Part shown: piece after piece, positions 1 to 13,626 of the stretch
Layout: each line of letters begins with the position of its first letter
Numbering within the stretch: position 1 is the first letter of the stretch
Assembly (NCBI GenBank): GCA_951406725.2
Contig: OX597816.1
Coordinates: forward strand, 4,650,001-4,714,000
Reading direction: 5' to 3'
DNA: 64,000 nt
From: Octopus vulgaris
Taxonomy: Eukaryota
Notes under the pieces: generated by a model
What the model was told of the DNA's origin: nothing
Seen by the model: the letters and a program-made list of their open reading frames with translations, nothing else
The model's database searches: none
Translations under genes and position numbers: made by a program

Positions 1-636
1 AGGTGCATAGAAATATATGCACTTTAAGTGTGTGATTACAAGCACACACACCTGTATGTGTGTGTATGTTAATGGATGTGTGTGTTTATGTATGTACGTA
101 AGTATGTATGTGTGTATGCATGCATGTGTGTATGTATGTATGTATGTATGTATGTAACTGCAAAAATAAACATTTGCACTCATGGATATCTATATTTCTC
201 TATCTACCTGTCTAATATACCTATCAGTCTCTCTCTCTCTCTCTCTCTCTTTATACATACATAGACACACACTAACATTTGTACATCTATATATATATAT
301 ATATATATATATAGATAAAAAGTTAGATATGTTTTGACCAGAGATTGGTCCAGGCCATGTCTAACTTAATAGCACCATATATATATATATATACATGTAT
401 ATATACACTTTTATTTATTTATATATGTATATAATCATACATTTCTTGTACATATATATATGTGTGCATATATATATATATATGTGTGTGCGTGTGTGTG
501 TGTGTGTGTGTATGCATGTATGTATCTCTCTAGTTGTCATTCTGTCTCTCTTTTCCCCCTTTTTCTTTCTCTCTCTCTGTTTTTGCATATATCTATCTAT
601 CTATCTATCTATCTATCAATCAATATATATATATAT

Positions 637-671
<35 letters not shown>

Positions 672-1265
672 TAGATAAAGATATCGATATATATTGATAG
701 AAATGGCAAGACAACAAAAGAATTATAGAGACTTCGATATTATGTAAATAGAGGAATTTATCTGTAAATGTAATATGTGACAATTGTTCAATAGCCATGA
801 TAAAACTCCGAGTTTCAGATGTCAGGGCAGAAACCCACACCAACATCTCTTCAGTTATCCGGCCATCGGAAAAAATGCTTTGAAAATGACCGTTAAAACA
901 AAAGGAAATTACTGTGTGGTTGACCATTATTAAGACAAAAGAGGTATTAGAATGACCGCTAAGTAAGGTGAGGGAGTAAAGTTAAGGGAGTAAAAATGTT
1001 CATAGCAATCACGTAAGCGTGCCTGTCCATACATACACATGTGCGCCCGCACACCCATGTACATGCGGCTATATGTATATATACTCATCCACCCTCACTT
1101 GAAACAAATACATGCTCGCCCACACGTTCACCAAAAAATATATACATACCCACATACATGCTCACACAAACATGCGCACTATATATATATATATAAATAC
1201 ATACATACATATGTGTGTGTGTGTGTGTAAATATAGATATATATATTATAGATTTTTTATATATA

Positions 1266-1318
<53 letters not shown>

Positions 1319-1470
1319 GTTTGGTGAAATAGAAAGATGAATAATCTTGTTGCAGATTAATCAAAAGTTTAACCGATACCTTGGTAGCAAAAATCACAGC
1401 AGAAGAAAGCACGGTTGGAGGTACAACCATATGGTGTTGCAACCGTGCGTTGGTGTGGATAATTGAATTT

Positions 1471-1650
1471 TAATATTATTAGTGAATTAAAGAAATGGAG
1501 TTGAACGAAGATTGAACAGAAATCCTTTTATTGCATTCTACACGTGTTTCAATCGGAATTTGGTAAATTGTGGCTTTCGAAACACGTGTAGAATGCAATA
1601 AAAGGATTTCTGTTCAATCTTCGTTCAACTCCATTTCTTCAATTCACTAA

Positions 1651-1658
<8 letters not shown>
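1471..1658. mobile_element. Fold-back element: 80-bp near-perfect inverted arms with 28-bp spacer; arms carry an HHR 3' half (GAAA-CACGTG-TA)
   Basis: 1471-1550 is the reverse complement of 1579-1658; adjacent to (TA)n. Confidence 0.8.
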
Positions 1659-2269
<611 letters not shown>

Positions 2270-2639
2270 CAAAATTAAAAGTAAGCAAACAAATATATAA
2301 GTTGTTGAATAGATAAACTTTGTAAATAAAAAATAAGAGAGAGAAATATGAATGACAAGAAATAAAGTAAAAAGTGAAAAAATATTGAAAAATTCTCATA
2401 GAAATACTCAGGAGAGAAATAAATAAAGGCAAAAGTGAGTAAATAAAGTGGAATCTGAGAGGAGGAAACGGTGAAGTGAAAGGGGGAAAGTGGGAGTGAA
2501 ATAGTGTTGAGTAAAAAGCATTGAAAGAAAAGAGAGAGAGAGAGAGAGAGAGATCATTAGATTCATCACCATCATCATCACCATCATCTCAATCATCACC
2601 ATCATCATCTCAATCATCACCATCATTGTCGTAGTCAAC

Positions 2640-2830
2640 ATCATCATCCTCATTTAACGTCTGCTTTCCAAGCTGGTATGGATTGAGCAGTTTGGCAAGA
2701 ACTGGTAAAGCCAGGACTCGCACCAGGTTCCGTAGTTTGTTTTGGTTCGGTTTCTATGGCTGGATGTCCTTCCTAATGCCAACCACTCTACAGAGTGTAA
2801 TGGGTAGTTTTCATGTGACACAAGCATCAG
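2640..2830 (-). mobile_element. Repeat family A copy ((GAT)n-tailed, RTE-associated retroposon)
   Basis: Shares the motif ttctacagctggatgcccttcctaacgccaaccactc and the tail with more than 20 copies in the window. Confidence 0.8.
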
Positions 2831-4822
2831 TGCTTTCATGTGGAACCATCTCCAATCCTTTTTATGTAGCACCATCACCAACACTTTTTATGTAGCACCA
2901 TCACCAATCCTTTTTGTATGGCACCATCACCAACCCTTTTTATGTGACACCATCACCAATCCTTTTTATGTAGCACCATCACCAATCCTTTTTGTATGGC
3001 ACCATCTCCAATCCTTTTCATGTGACACCATCACCAACCCTTTTTATGTAGCACCATCACCAATCCTTTTGTATGGCACCATCACCAATCCTTTTCATGT
3101 GACACCATCACCAACCCTTTTTATGTAGCACCATCACCAATCCTTTTGTATGGCACCATCACCAATCCTTTTCATGTGGAACCATCACCAACCCTTTTTA
3201 TGTAGCACCATCACCAATCCTTTTGTATGGCATCATCACCAATCTTTTTCATGTGACACCATCACCAACCCTTTTTATGTAGCACCATCACCAATCCTTT
3301 TTGTATGGCACCATCACCAATCCTTTTCATGTGGAACCATCACCAATCCTTTTTATGTAGCACCATCACCAATCCTTTTTGTATGGCACCATCTCCAATC
3401 CTTTTCATGTGACACCATCACCAACCCTTTTTATGTAGCACCATCACCAATCCTTTTTGTATGGCACCATCACCAATCCTTTTCATGTGACACCATCACC
3501 AACCCTTTTTATGTAGCACCATCACCAATCCTTTTGTATGGCACCATCACCAATCCTTTTCATGTGACACCATCACCAACCCTTTTTATGTAGCACCATC
3601 ACCAATCCTTTTCATGTGACACCATCACCAACCCTTTTTATGTAGCACCATCACCAACCCTTTTTATGTAGCACCATCACCAACCCTTTTTATGTAGCAC
3701 CATCACCAATCCTTTTGTATGGCACCATCACCAACCCTTTTTATGTAGCACCATCACCAATCCTTTTCATGTGACACCATCACCAACCCTTTTTATGTAG
3801 CACCATCACCAATCCTTTTTGTATGGCACCATCACCAACCCTTTTTATGTAGCACCATCACCAATCCTTTTGTATGGCACCATCACCAACCCTTTTTATG
3901 TAGCACCATCACCAATCCTTTTCATGTGACACCATCACCAACCCTTTTTATGTAGCACCATCACCAATCCTTTTGTATGGCACCATCACCAATCCTTTTC
4001 ATGTGGAACCATCACCAACCCTTTTTATGTAGCACCATCACCAATCCTTTTGTATGGCACCATCACCAATCCTTTTCATGTGGAACCATCACCAACCCTT
4101 TTTATGTAGCACCATCACCAATCCTTTTTGTATGGCACCATCTCCAATCCTTTTTATGTGACACCATCTCCAATCCTTTTCATGTGACACCATCACCAAC
4201 CCTTTTTATGTGGCACCATCTCCAACCCTTTTTATGTGACACCATCACCAACCCTTTTTATGTAGCACCATCACCAATCCTTTGTATGGCACCATCACCA
4301 ACCCTTTTTATGTAGCACCATCACCAATCCTTTTCATGTGACACCATCACCAACCCTTTTTATGTAGCACCATCACCAATCCTTTTGTATGGCACCATCA
4401 CCAACCCTTTTTATGTAGCACCATCACCAATCCTTTTGTATGGCACCATCACCAACCCTTTTTATGTAGCACCATCACCAATCCTTTTCATGTGACACCA
4501 TCACCAACCCTTTTTATGTAGCACCATCACCAATCCTTTTGTATGGCACCATCACCAATCCTTTTCATGAGAATACATAACAAAGAATGCTGCACCATCA
4601 CCAATCCTTTTGTATGGCACCATCACCAATCCTTTTCATGTGGAACCATCACCAACCCTTTTTCGATGTAGTAGCACCATCACCAATCCTTTTTGTATGG
4701 CACCATCTCCAATCCTTTTTATGTGACACCATCTCCAATCCTTTTCATGTGACACCATCACCAACCCTTTTTATGTGGCACCATCTCCAACCCTTTTTAT
4801 GTGACACCAGCACCAGTGCTTC
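2831..4822. repeat. ~2-kb minisatellite of 26-27-bp units (tgtagcaccatcaccaatccttttta and variants)
   Basis: Continuous tandem variant units growing directly out of the family A copy. Confidence 0.95.
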
Positions 4823-5226
4823 TGCATAAATATTATAAATGCAGAGCCAGCAAGGTGATAGAGTCCCTCTATGTGGTCTATGAACTTGCTAGAAATACTA
4901 GTTGAAATCTGCCTCAAATCATATCTTACTGTCATGAAAGAGAAATGTCACATTAGATGATGTAGTCCATGCTATACAATGTCTGGACGATCATGGGCTC
5001 AATGCATTTGGCTTGAGATCCAAACGATGAGGGTTGGCCAAGAGAATACATAACAAAGAATGCTGCCAATAAACACAGCAACAGCACCGAATGACCTGTC
5101 GAGGATTCCTCTACAGATTTTCTATAGAAATTATGGCCACCACCACTGATTCTGCTATGACGTTTTGTATTTAAGATGCCTGATGTAAGCAGCAATGAGA
5201 TCGAAGATGAGGAATGGGTAATGGGC

Positions 5227-5270
5227 AATGTATGCCATATTTCAGGAGGTTTGGCCCCTTCATCAGCACC
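5227..5270 (-). ncRNA. Minimal type I hammerhead ribozyme motif
   Basis: Minus strand: ggtg CTGATGA agggg ccaaac ctcct GAAA tatggca TA catt. Core intact, 5-bp stem II, weak stems I and III. Confidence 0.65.
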
Positions 5271-5385
5271 TATTCAACTCATTAACCATCCATGAACTCA
5301 TTGCTTAAAATAGCCAATAAATATGCCAATATAACATTTTTGGAGATACCAGTTTACATATTAAACACATTCCTGGAAGCTGGTA

Positions 5386-6062
5386 CATCATCATCATCAT
5401 CATCATCATAGTTGAACGTCCATTCTCCATGCTGGCATGGGTTGGATGGTTCAACTGGAGTCTGGGAAGCCAGGAGGCTGCACCAGGCCCCTATCTGATC
5501 TGGCAGTGTTTCTACAGCTGGATGCCCTTCCTATGACCAACCACTCCAAGAGTGGAGTGGGTGCTTTTACATGCCATCGGTACAAGGGACCAGAGGAACT
5601 GGCATCAACCATGATCAGATGGTACTTTTTACATGCCACCGGCACAAAAACCAGTCAAAGTGGCACTGGCATCGGCCACATTTGGATGGTGCTTTTTAAG
5701 TGTTACCAGCACGGGGGTCACAACTACAATTTCTATTTGATTTGATTTTGATATTGCCGTTGATGTTGATGTACTTGACTCAATAGGTCTTCTCAAGCAT
5801 AACATGTCACCCTATGATCCACTGGTGTTGGTTACAGCTGTGGATTCACTTTATTTGCCGGGTCTTCTCAGTCACAGAATACCTCCAGAGGTCTCAGTCT
5901 TTTGTCATTGCTTCTGTGAGGCCCAACATTTGAAGATCATGCTTCACCACCTCACCCCATGTCTTCCTGGGTCTCCCTCTACCTCGGATTCCTTCCACTG
6001 TTTGTGATTGGCACTTCTCCACACAGCTCTCCTCGTCCATCCACAGTACATGACCATACCAA
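5386..6062 (-). mobile_element. RTE-clade LINE 3' end running into family A sequence and (GAT)n tail
   Basis: 5853-6061 translates WYGHVLWMDEESCVEKCQSQTVEGIRGRGRPRKTWGEVVKHDL, a typical RTE ORF2 C-terminus, followed by the family A body. Confidence 0.85.
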
Positions 6063-7261
6063 CACAGTAAATATTAATGACCTGTGGGGATACAGTATTT
6101 TGTTATGCAACCATGATATCCTACAAAGTATATTAAATGTTTTTATAAGTGAATACCACGTTCAACTGTGTAGAGATCACCATAACAAGTGGCGTAATAG
6201 CACTGCTAACACAGTAGAACACCGTATTGACTTATGAAAAAGTTTGATATACTTTGTAGCATATCATGGTGGGATAACGAAATATGGTGTCCCTACTAGT
6301 CATTAATAAGGACCAAATGATCCAACAAGAGAGATTATGGTGACATTTAATCTGCAAGAAAGAGCAGCCAAATCTACCTGCTGTAATACATCCTGCCGCT
6401 TTCAGAAAAGGACACATTAGATATAACACAGTGAGACATGTAGGTCTTGTCTGAAATAACATCTGGTTATTGATTTACTCAGCCTGAGAGATAAAATGGC
6501 TGTTTGGTTTTATGGTAGTAGTTCTGTTCCCAAAGCGTTGTTCTTCTGAGTAAGATACCAAATTGTTTCACTGAACATTATCCTTGCTTCACAGTTGAAA
6601 GCTTAATGACAGGTAATTCCTCAAACATGTAAACTATTCTGTTTTTTTTTTTTTTTTTGTGTAACTCAGGAGGGTCATTATGTCAATAAAACACACACAC
6701 AGGTTCTATTTCACTTCTGCATTATTTATTTGTCTACCGGTTGAATATTTGACTAATTAATTGATTAGCTGTTCAGTCAATCAGTCAATCAGTCAATCAG
6801 TCGATCAATCAGGTTTGTCAAAGTCATTTCATTGCCATTCCCAGCTTCATCAATGACATGCTTCCTTCACTCCAGTCATTTTCGGTCGTGTTCTTTATTC
6901 GCAACTTTCTTCAACTCAAACAGAAGTCGACTTCAGCCACAACCAACTGACTCTGCAACTATGCAAGAATTCTGCAATTATTCCAAAAGCAATTCATTCT
7001 TATCCATGTCTCAGCTATTTGCGTAATATAATCCTGGAAATGACATAAAAGCTATCAATCTCTCATTTGGAAGTCCAGAATCTTTCTGACATAAATCTTA
7101 TTAAAACTTGTAATGATTAATTAATTTCATATCTCTTGTATCCTTCTACAAATATAAGACTTTGTATGTGTGCAATCAATATACCTTTCTTTCTAAACAA
7201 ATGTGAACCTTCATACTAATCTCCTAACTTTTAACACCTGTAATTAAGGCCATAATTATGT

Positions 7262-7576
7262 TGCCAGGGCAATGGATTAGTTCCCGCGCTGGTGGCAAGT
7301 AAAAAGCATCATTCAAGCGTGATTGTTGCCAGCATTGCCTTATTGGCACATGTACCAGTGGCACATGAAAAACAGCATTTGAGCGTGGTCTTTGGAAATG
7401 CCACTGGACTGGCACATAAAAGCACCCACTACACTCTTGGAGTGGTTGGCGTTAGGAAGAGCATCCAGCTGTAGAAACTTTGCCAGATCAAGACTGGAGT
7501 CTGGTGTGGCTTCCTGGCTTGCCAGTCCACAGTCAAATTGTCCAACCCATGGCAGCATGGAAAGTGGACATTAAAC

Positions 7577-7613
<37 letters not shown>
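7262..7613 (+). mobile_element. Family A copy with internal ~60-bp tandem units
   Basis: Family A core motif and (GAT)n tail. Confidence 0.8.
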
Positions 7614-7615
<2 letters not shown>

Positions 7616-8602
7616 GTCTGTTTGGATTTAAATTAGTGTGCTGAAAAAGTAGGTCCTCTAACCACACCAAAATTCTTTTTATTGCTAGAAGTCCTTCCTG
7701 GTGCTCCAGCATGGCCGCAGTCAAATGACTAATACAAGAAAAAGGGAAAAAAAAGTATTTTAAATGGGAAACTATTTCTCTTAAGGTAGATTAGGGTGAC
7801 TAGAGTTAAGGGTCAGAATTCTGCTGACCCTTTTTAAGCCAAAGGAATATTGGAGACCCATGGTGCATTTCATCTAGTTGGAACCCCTCTCTGTAGACTC
7901 AGCTTCCAACCATATACTCAAAGAAGAAATATTGTGGGTTGCCATGGTAACAGTGAAAAGTTAACATTCTCATAATGGCTCACTTTATTTATTAAGTATA
8001 TTCATCCTCATTTGTCTACTTTTCCTATTTGAATATATTTGCATATATTTGCATATATTTACATATATTTGAATGTATTTGAAACATAACTGCAGCCTTC
8101 TTAGCTTCAACATCTCATTGTATTTTGCAATGTTCTAGTTGGAATCCCTATGGAATTAGATCCCTCATCATGTTGCTAAATACTAAACTGTAAGAATATG
8201 GTTTTCTTTTTTTTTTGTACAAGGTTGGCATGGCTGTGTGGTTAACAAGCTTGCTTTGTAACTCTGTGCTTTCGAGTTCAGTCCTACCATGTGGTACCTC
8301 GAGCAAGTGCCTTCCACTATAACCCTGTAATTAAGGCCATAATTTGTGCCAGGGCAATGGATTAGTTCCCGCGCTGGTGGCAAGTAAAAAGCATCATTCA
8401 AGCGTGATTGTTGCCAGCATTGCCTTATTGTTTGCACATGTACCAGTGTTGAATTTTCCTACAATCACATAACTTAGCAGCCTGGCAAAAGAGATGGACA
8501 GAATAAGTACCAGATCAAAAATAAGGACAAGGATAAATTTGTTCAACTAAACCTTTCAAGGCAGAGCCCCAGCATGGCCAGCATGGAAAGTGGACATTAA
8601 AC

Positions 8603-8638
<36 letters not shown>

Positions 8639-9406
8639 GTCTGTTTGGATATTGTTTTCTTTTTTTAACAATTCTTTTTATTGCTAGAAGTCCTTCCTGG
8701 TGCTCCAGCATGGCCGCAGTCAAATGACTAATACAAGAAAAAGGGAAAAAAAGTATTTTAAATGGGAAACTATTTCTCTTAAGGTAGATTAGGGTGACTA
8801 GAGTTAAGGGTCAGAATTCTGCTGACCCTTTTTAAGCCAAAGGAATATTGGAGACCCATGGTGCATTTCATCTAGTTGGAACCCCTCTCTGTAGACTCAG
8901 CTTCCAACCATATACTCAAAGAAGAAATATTGTGGGTTGCCATGGTAACAGTGAAAAGTTAACATTCTCATAATGGCTCACTTTATTTATTAAGTATATT
9001 CATCCTCATTTGTCTACTTTTCCTATTTGAATATATTTGCATATATTTGCATATATTTACATATATTTGAATGTATTTGAAACATAACTGCAGCCTTCTT
9101 AGCTTCAACATCTCATTGTATTTTGCAATGTGCTTCATAATTGATAAAGATAATTAATTAATAACTGAAACAATAAGAAACTGTAAAATCTTAATCAATT
9201 TATTTATAATTCTGTTGCATTGCAGCTGTTCCCCTCAGGAACCGCATGGAACCACAACTGCATTCGTCAGCTAATCCTGAAACACGTGATATCACACATT
9301 GTGTACTAACCTTATTTACATTCATTTAAAAAAAAAGACGTGGAACTGTCGAATTTGTTATGATGTGGGTATACACGTCTGGTTTAAAATGGTATTATAC
9401 AAATAA

Positions 9407-9821
9407 GGTGGCAAACTGGCAGAAATGTTAGCACGCCAGGCGAAGTACTTAGTGGTATTTCGTCTGCCGCTACGATCTGGGTTCAAATTCCGCCAAGGTC
9501 GACTTTGCCTTTCATCCTTTCGGGGTCAATTAAATAAGTACCAGTTACGCACTGAGGTCGATATAATCGACTTAATCCGTTTGTCTGTCCTTGTTTGTCC
9601 TCTCTGTATTTAGTCCCTTGTGGGTAGTAAAGAAATAGGTATTTCGTCTGCCGCTTCGTTCTGAGTTCAAATTCCGTCGACTTCGTCTTTGCCTTTCATC
9701 CTTTTGGAGTCAATTAAATAAGTACCAATTACACACTGGGGTCGATGTAATCGACTTAATCCGTCTGTCTGTCCTTGTCTGTCCTCTCTGTGTTTAGCCC
9801 CTTGTGGGTAGTTAAGAAATA
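9407..9821 (+). mobile_element. tRNA-derived SINE family B, tandem dimer, with 16-bp TSD
   Basis: Head ggtggcaaactggcagaa...gggttcaaattcc (B box). TSD ggtattatacaaataa at 9391-9406 and 9822-9837. Confidence 0.9.
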
Positions 9822-10202
9822 GGTATTATACAAATAAATAGTTGGTTGTGGTTGTCTAAAAATAACCTATCTCAGAAACATATGTTAACATAGAATGCAC
9901 TCGGTACTACTCAAACATTGGTACGATATTCAGTATTCACTGCTCAACTGCCAACTATTAAACCAACACACATCGAGCTAACACCGTCAGCTACACTCCT
10001 GTTAGTTCACTTAGTTCTTATTTATCATAATCGGTCAGTCCAAGTCACGTGGGGGTGTTCAGGATTTTCTCATAACAAAATGTAAGGGAGAAATCTCTTC
10101 CCCTGTCATTCATTTTCGTGTGGTGGAATCGTTACAGGTATGGACATTTCGACAGGATATTACCTCAGTGTTCCAGTCTAGACAAATAAAGCCTTTGCTG
10201 TC

Positions 10203-10556
10203 CTCATCATTATCATCATCTTTTAATGCTGCTTTCCATGCTGGCATGGGTTGAATGGTTGGACTGGGGTCTGGGAAGATAGGAGGCTGCACCAGGGTCC
10301 AATCTGATTTGGCAAGGTTTCTACAGCTAGATGCCCTTCCTAATGCTAACCACTCCGATAATGTAGCAGGTGCCTTTTACATGCCACCGGCATGGGAGCC
10401 AGTCAGGTGGCACCGGCATCGACCATGTTTGAATGGTGCTTTTTATGTGCCCCTGGAATGGGAGCCAGTCAGGTGGCACCAGCATCGACCATGCTTGAAT
10501 GGTGCTTTTTATGTGCCCCTGGAATGGGAGCCAGTCAGGTGGCACTGGCATTGACC
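10203..10556 (-). mobile_element. Family A copy with three 62-bp units
   Basis: Family A core motif; tandem units at 10380-10555. Confidence 0.8.
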
Positions 10557-10890
10557 ATTCTCACAGAACATTAGCCTGGTAGTTTTTTTGTGAGCAATCT
10601 TTGATCTTGTGCTGCCAATATGAAACCTCCAGTCTCTGCCGTCAGTCCTGAACTTCTCAGCCACCAATAGATTGTTGCTTGGTCTGCATCAACATTTCAA
10701 CTTCGAAATATATACTGTCCATGCAGAGGCTTCTGGCTCCATCACTCCTCAATTTTTTTCTGCCCATTCTTTTTTGCAGTCTGCTTGATCCATTTTGCTT
10801 GTTTTGTGGCAATGGTCTCTGGTTCTTCAAATGTTTCAGGATTAATGTCAAATTACCTTGCGAATTTGCAAGCTTCCTTGACAATAGAAA
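10557..10890 (-). mobile_element. Degenerate R4/Dong-like non-LTR retrotransposon fragment
   Basis: Broken frames give WSQKPLHGQY...WLRSSGLTAETGGFILAAQDQRLLTKNY, the motif that precedes the CCHC knuckle in R4-clade ORFs. Confidence 0.75.
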
Positions 10891-10945
10891 TGTGATTATT
10901 ATTGTTGTTGTTGTCGTCGTCGTTGTTATTGCTGTTATCCTATTT

Positions 10946-11100
10946 TGTCTGGGGAGAGTCATTTTCTTTTTGTGCCTTATAATATAACAGTGTGATACAT
11001 TATAAGGCACGAAAAGAAAATGACTCTCCCCAGACACAACAAAATATGCTTCAACACACGAACTCATATAAAGAATCTTGCAAACCAAATCCAAAAACGA
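10946..11100. mobile_element. Fold-back repeat (related copies at 6655-6760 and 29883-30180)
   Basis: Inverted arms at about 10946-10983 and 10998-11035 (tgtctggggagagtcattttctttt...). The flank aagaatcttgcaaac is shared with 30134. Confidence 0.65.
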
Positions 11101-11152
11101 AATATTATTATTATTATAATTATTATTATAATATTATTATTATTATTATTAT

Positions 11153-11708
11153 TGAGTGAGAGAGCAATGCATGCCATCAAAGTGACACTGGGGTAAAATA
11201 TATGAAGCCCAATATACCCATCATGACTACCCGCCTGATAAGGGTACACCAGGCACATGCATCACAACCATACGTGCGCGACATGGTGATCTCATATCAA
11301 GATAAACAGCACATGACCTTGCAGGTGGGGCCCAGTTAGAATTTTCTTCAGGTTGAGTAGCCCATCCCGCTCAAAAGGTCCCTGAATAAGGGTTGTTTAA
11401 GGATGTTGAAAGAACCACCCATGTTTCCAGAGGTGAACTATTCAAACCCCAAAGAATCCCTCTCAACACATGGCTATGATGCTCCCCCACTACTTCTGCT
11501 CGTGATCAGAGATGCACATATCGTCAGCCACTAAGGGACATGCTCAACTGGTTAAGGTCAAACAACTGACAAGCAAATCTGTGGTATTGAGCAGAATATT
11601 TGCTGTAGCCCATCTTTTATACCAAGACAAAACAATGTACATGATAACACTTCCAATCAGTTAAGGTCAGAAGCCATGAGAGCCACTGCCTGGTACTGCA
11701 TCAGGGCC
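11153..11708 (-). mobile_element. ~555-bp interspersed repeat family D embedded in (TTA)n
   Basis: Highly similar inverted copy at 56330-56802 and a stub at 14957-15000; all abut (AAT)n at the same end. Confidence 0.85.
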
Positions 11709-11714
11709 ATTATG

Positions 11715-11765
<51 letters not shown>

Positions 11766-11777
11766 GTTGTTGTTATT

Positions 11778-11975
11778 AAGGCAGTGAGCTGGCAGAGTCA
11801 TTAGCACACTTGATGGAATGCTTAGCGGTTCTTCTCTGTTCAAATTCCACTAAGGTCAACTTTGCCTTTCGTCCTTTCAGGGTCAATAAATTAAGGACCA
11901 GTGAAACACTGGGGTCCATGTAATCAACTTTTCCCCTCCCCCAAAGTTTCAGGATTTGTACCTTCAGCAGAAAGA
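11778..11975 (+). mobile_element. Diverged SINE family B copy
   Basis: aggcagtgagctggcag head; aactttgcctttcgtcctttcagggtc body. Confidence 0.75.
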
Positions 11976-12011
11976 ATTATTATAATTATTATCATTATTA
12001 TGATTATTATG

Positions 12012-12052
<41 letters not shown>

Positions 12053-12053
<1 letters not shown>

Positions 12054-12463
12054 CTCTTTACTGTTTTACTCTTTTCCTTGTTTCAGTCATTTGACTGCGG
12101 CTATGCTGGAGCACCGCCTTTAGTCGAGCAAATCGACCCCGGGACTTATTCTTTGTAAGCCCAGTACTTAATCTATCGGTCTCTTTTTGCCGAACCGCTA
12201 AGTGACGGGGACGTAAACACACCAGCATCGGTTGTCAAGCAATGCTAGGGGGACAAACACAGACACACAAACACACACACATACACATATATACATATAT
12301 ACGACAGGCTTCTTTCAGTTTCCGTCTACCAAATCCACTCACAAGGCATTGGTCGGCCCGGGGCTATAGCAGAAGACACTTGCCCAAGATGCCACGCAGT
12401 GGGACTGAACCCGGAACCATGTGGTTGGTTAGCAAGCTACTTACCACACAGCCACTCCTGCGC
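12053..12463 (-). mobile_element. tRNA-derived SINE family C (CORE-like domain), full length
   Basis: Head gcaggagtggctgtgtggtaag...gggttcagtccc, then cttgggcaagtgtcttc, internal (TA/TG)n and a taaaagag-type tail. Confidence 0.9.
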
Positions 12464-12494
<31 letters not shown>

Positions 12495-12635
12495 CCATCG
12501 TTTAGCATCCACTTTCCATGCTAGCATGGGTTGGACGATTATTATTATTATTATTATTTTTTTTTTTTTTTTTGGTTATTATTTGGTGAAATTGTTTACC
12601 TACATGTTATGTTTTTTTGTTGTTTTTCTTTGCAG

Positions 12636-12713
12636 ATATTCTAAAAGGAGACATAAAATCCATCTTGGATCTCTTGTGGCGGCTGATTCTTAATTACTGC
12701 ATTCACGATAACG
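12636..12713 (+). CDS. Internal exon (78 bp, phase 1-1) encoding the C-terminal helix of a calponin-homology CH1 domain; filamin/spectrin/alpha-actinin-like actin-binding protein
   Basis: Strong acceptor (gtttttttgttgtttttctttgcag) and donor (G|gtgagt). Translates (D)ILKGDIKSILDLLWRLILNYCIHDN(G), resembling the CH1 signature [23 protein letters not shown] of filamin. Confidence 0.9.
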
Positions 12714-13100
12714 GTGAGTGAAAATAGAGCAGGAAATGTGTGACGTTGTTTGAAATAATTCTTACTTTATTCGTTGGGTATACATCCTGCTGAGATAATT
12801 CATAACGAAGAAATCAAATGTAAAAAAAAAAATATATATATATTTCTAATATATATTACTCTTTCCATTTAAAATATATTTTAATATCATTGCAAACAGG
12901 AAAAAAAAAAAGGAAAAAAAAAATAGAAATAGAAATAAATGCTTTTTTTGAATGAAGTTTGGTGAAAAGGAAGCTAAAATTCTTACCCTCAACCAAAAAA
13001 AGCAAAAAAAAAAAAGGAAAAAATATGTGATTCAATAAGCTTCTAAGTTTCTTTCAGCTGCAGATTAACTCCTAAATATATTAACTAACGAATACTGTCA

Positions 13101-13481
13101 TTTGTTGTTGTTGTTGTTGTTGTTGTAATCCTCATCATCATCATCATCACCATCATCATCATTGTCATCATCATCTTCATCATCATCATCATCATCATCA
13201 CCATCATCATCACCACCACCACCACTGCCATCATCATCATCATCGCCATCTTCATCATCTTCACCACCATCATCATCACCATCACCACCACCACCACCAC
13301 CACCACCATCATCATTGTCAACATCATCATCTTCACCACCATCATCATCATCACCACCACCACCACCACCACCACCATCATCATCATTGTCAACATCATC
13401 ATCTTCACCACCATCATCATCATCACCACCACCACCACCACCACCACCACTGCCATCATCATCATCGTTGTCATCATCATC

Positions 13482-13512
<31 letters not shown>

Positions 13513-13532
13513 CCACCACTACCACCACCACC

Positions 13533-13566
<34 letters not shown>

Positions 13567-13592
13567 TCATCACCACTACCACCACCACCACC

Positions 13593-13626
<34 letters not shown>

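Noticed and set aside
2831-4822. CRISPR-like regular array and ORFs 2838-4829
   Set aside because: Units are contiguous with no unique spacers, there are no cas genes, and the context is eukaryotic; the ORFs are repeat translations.
9215-9275. Minus-strand CTGACGA...GGAA-cagctg motif
   Set aside because: Possibly an ancient HHR, but the GAAA, the cleavage triplet and stem II are all disrupted.
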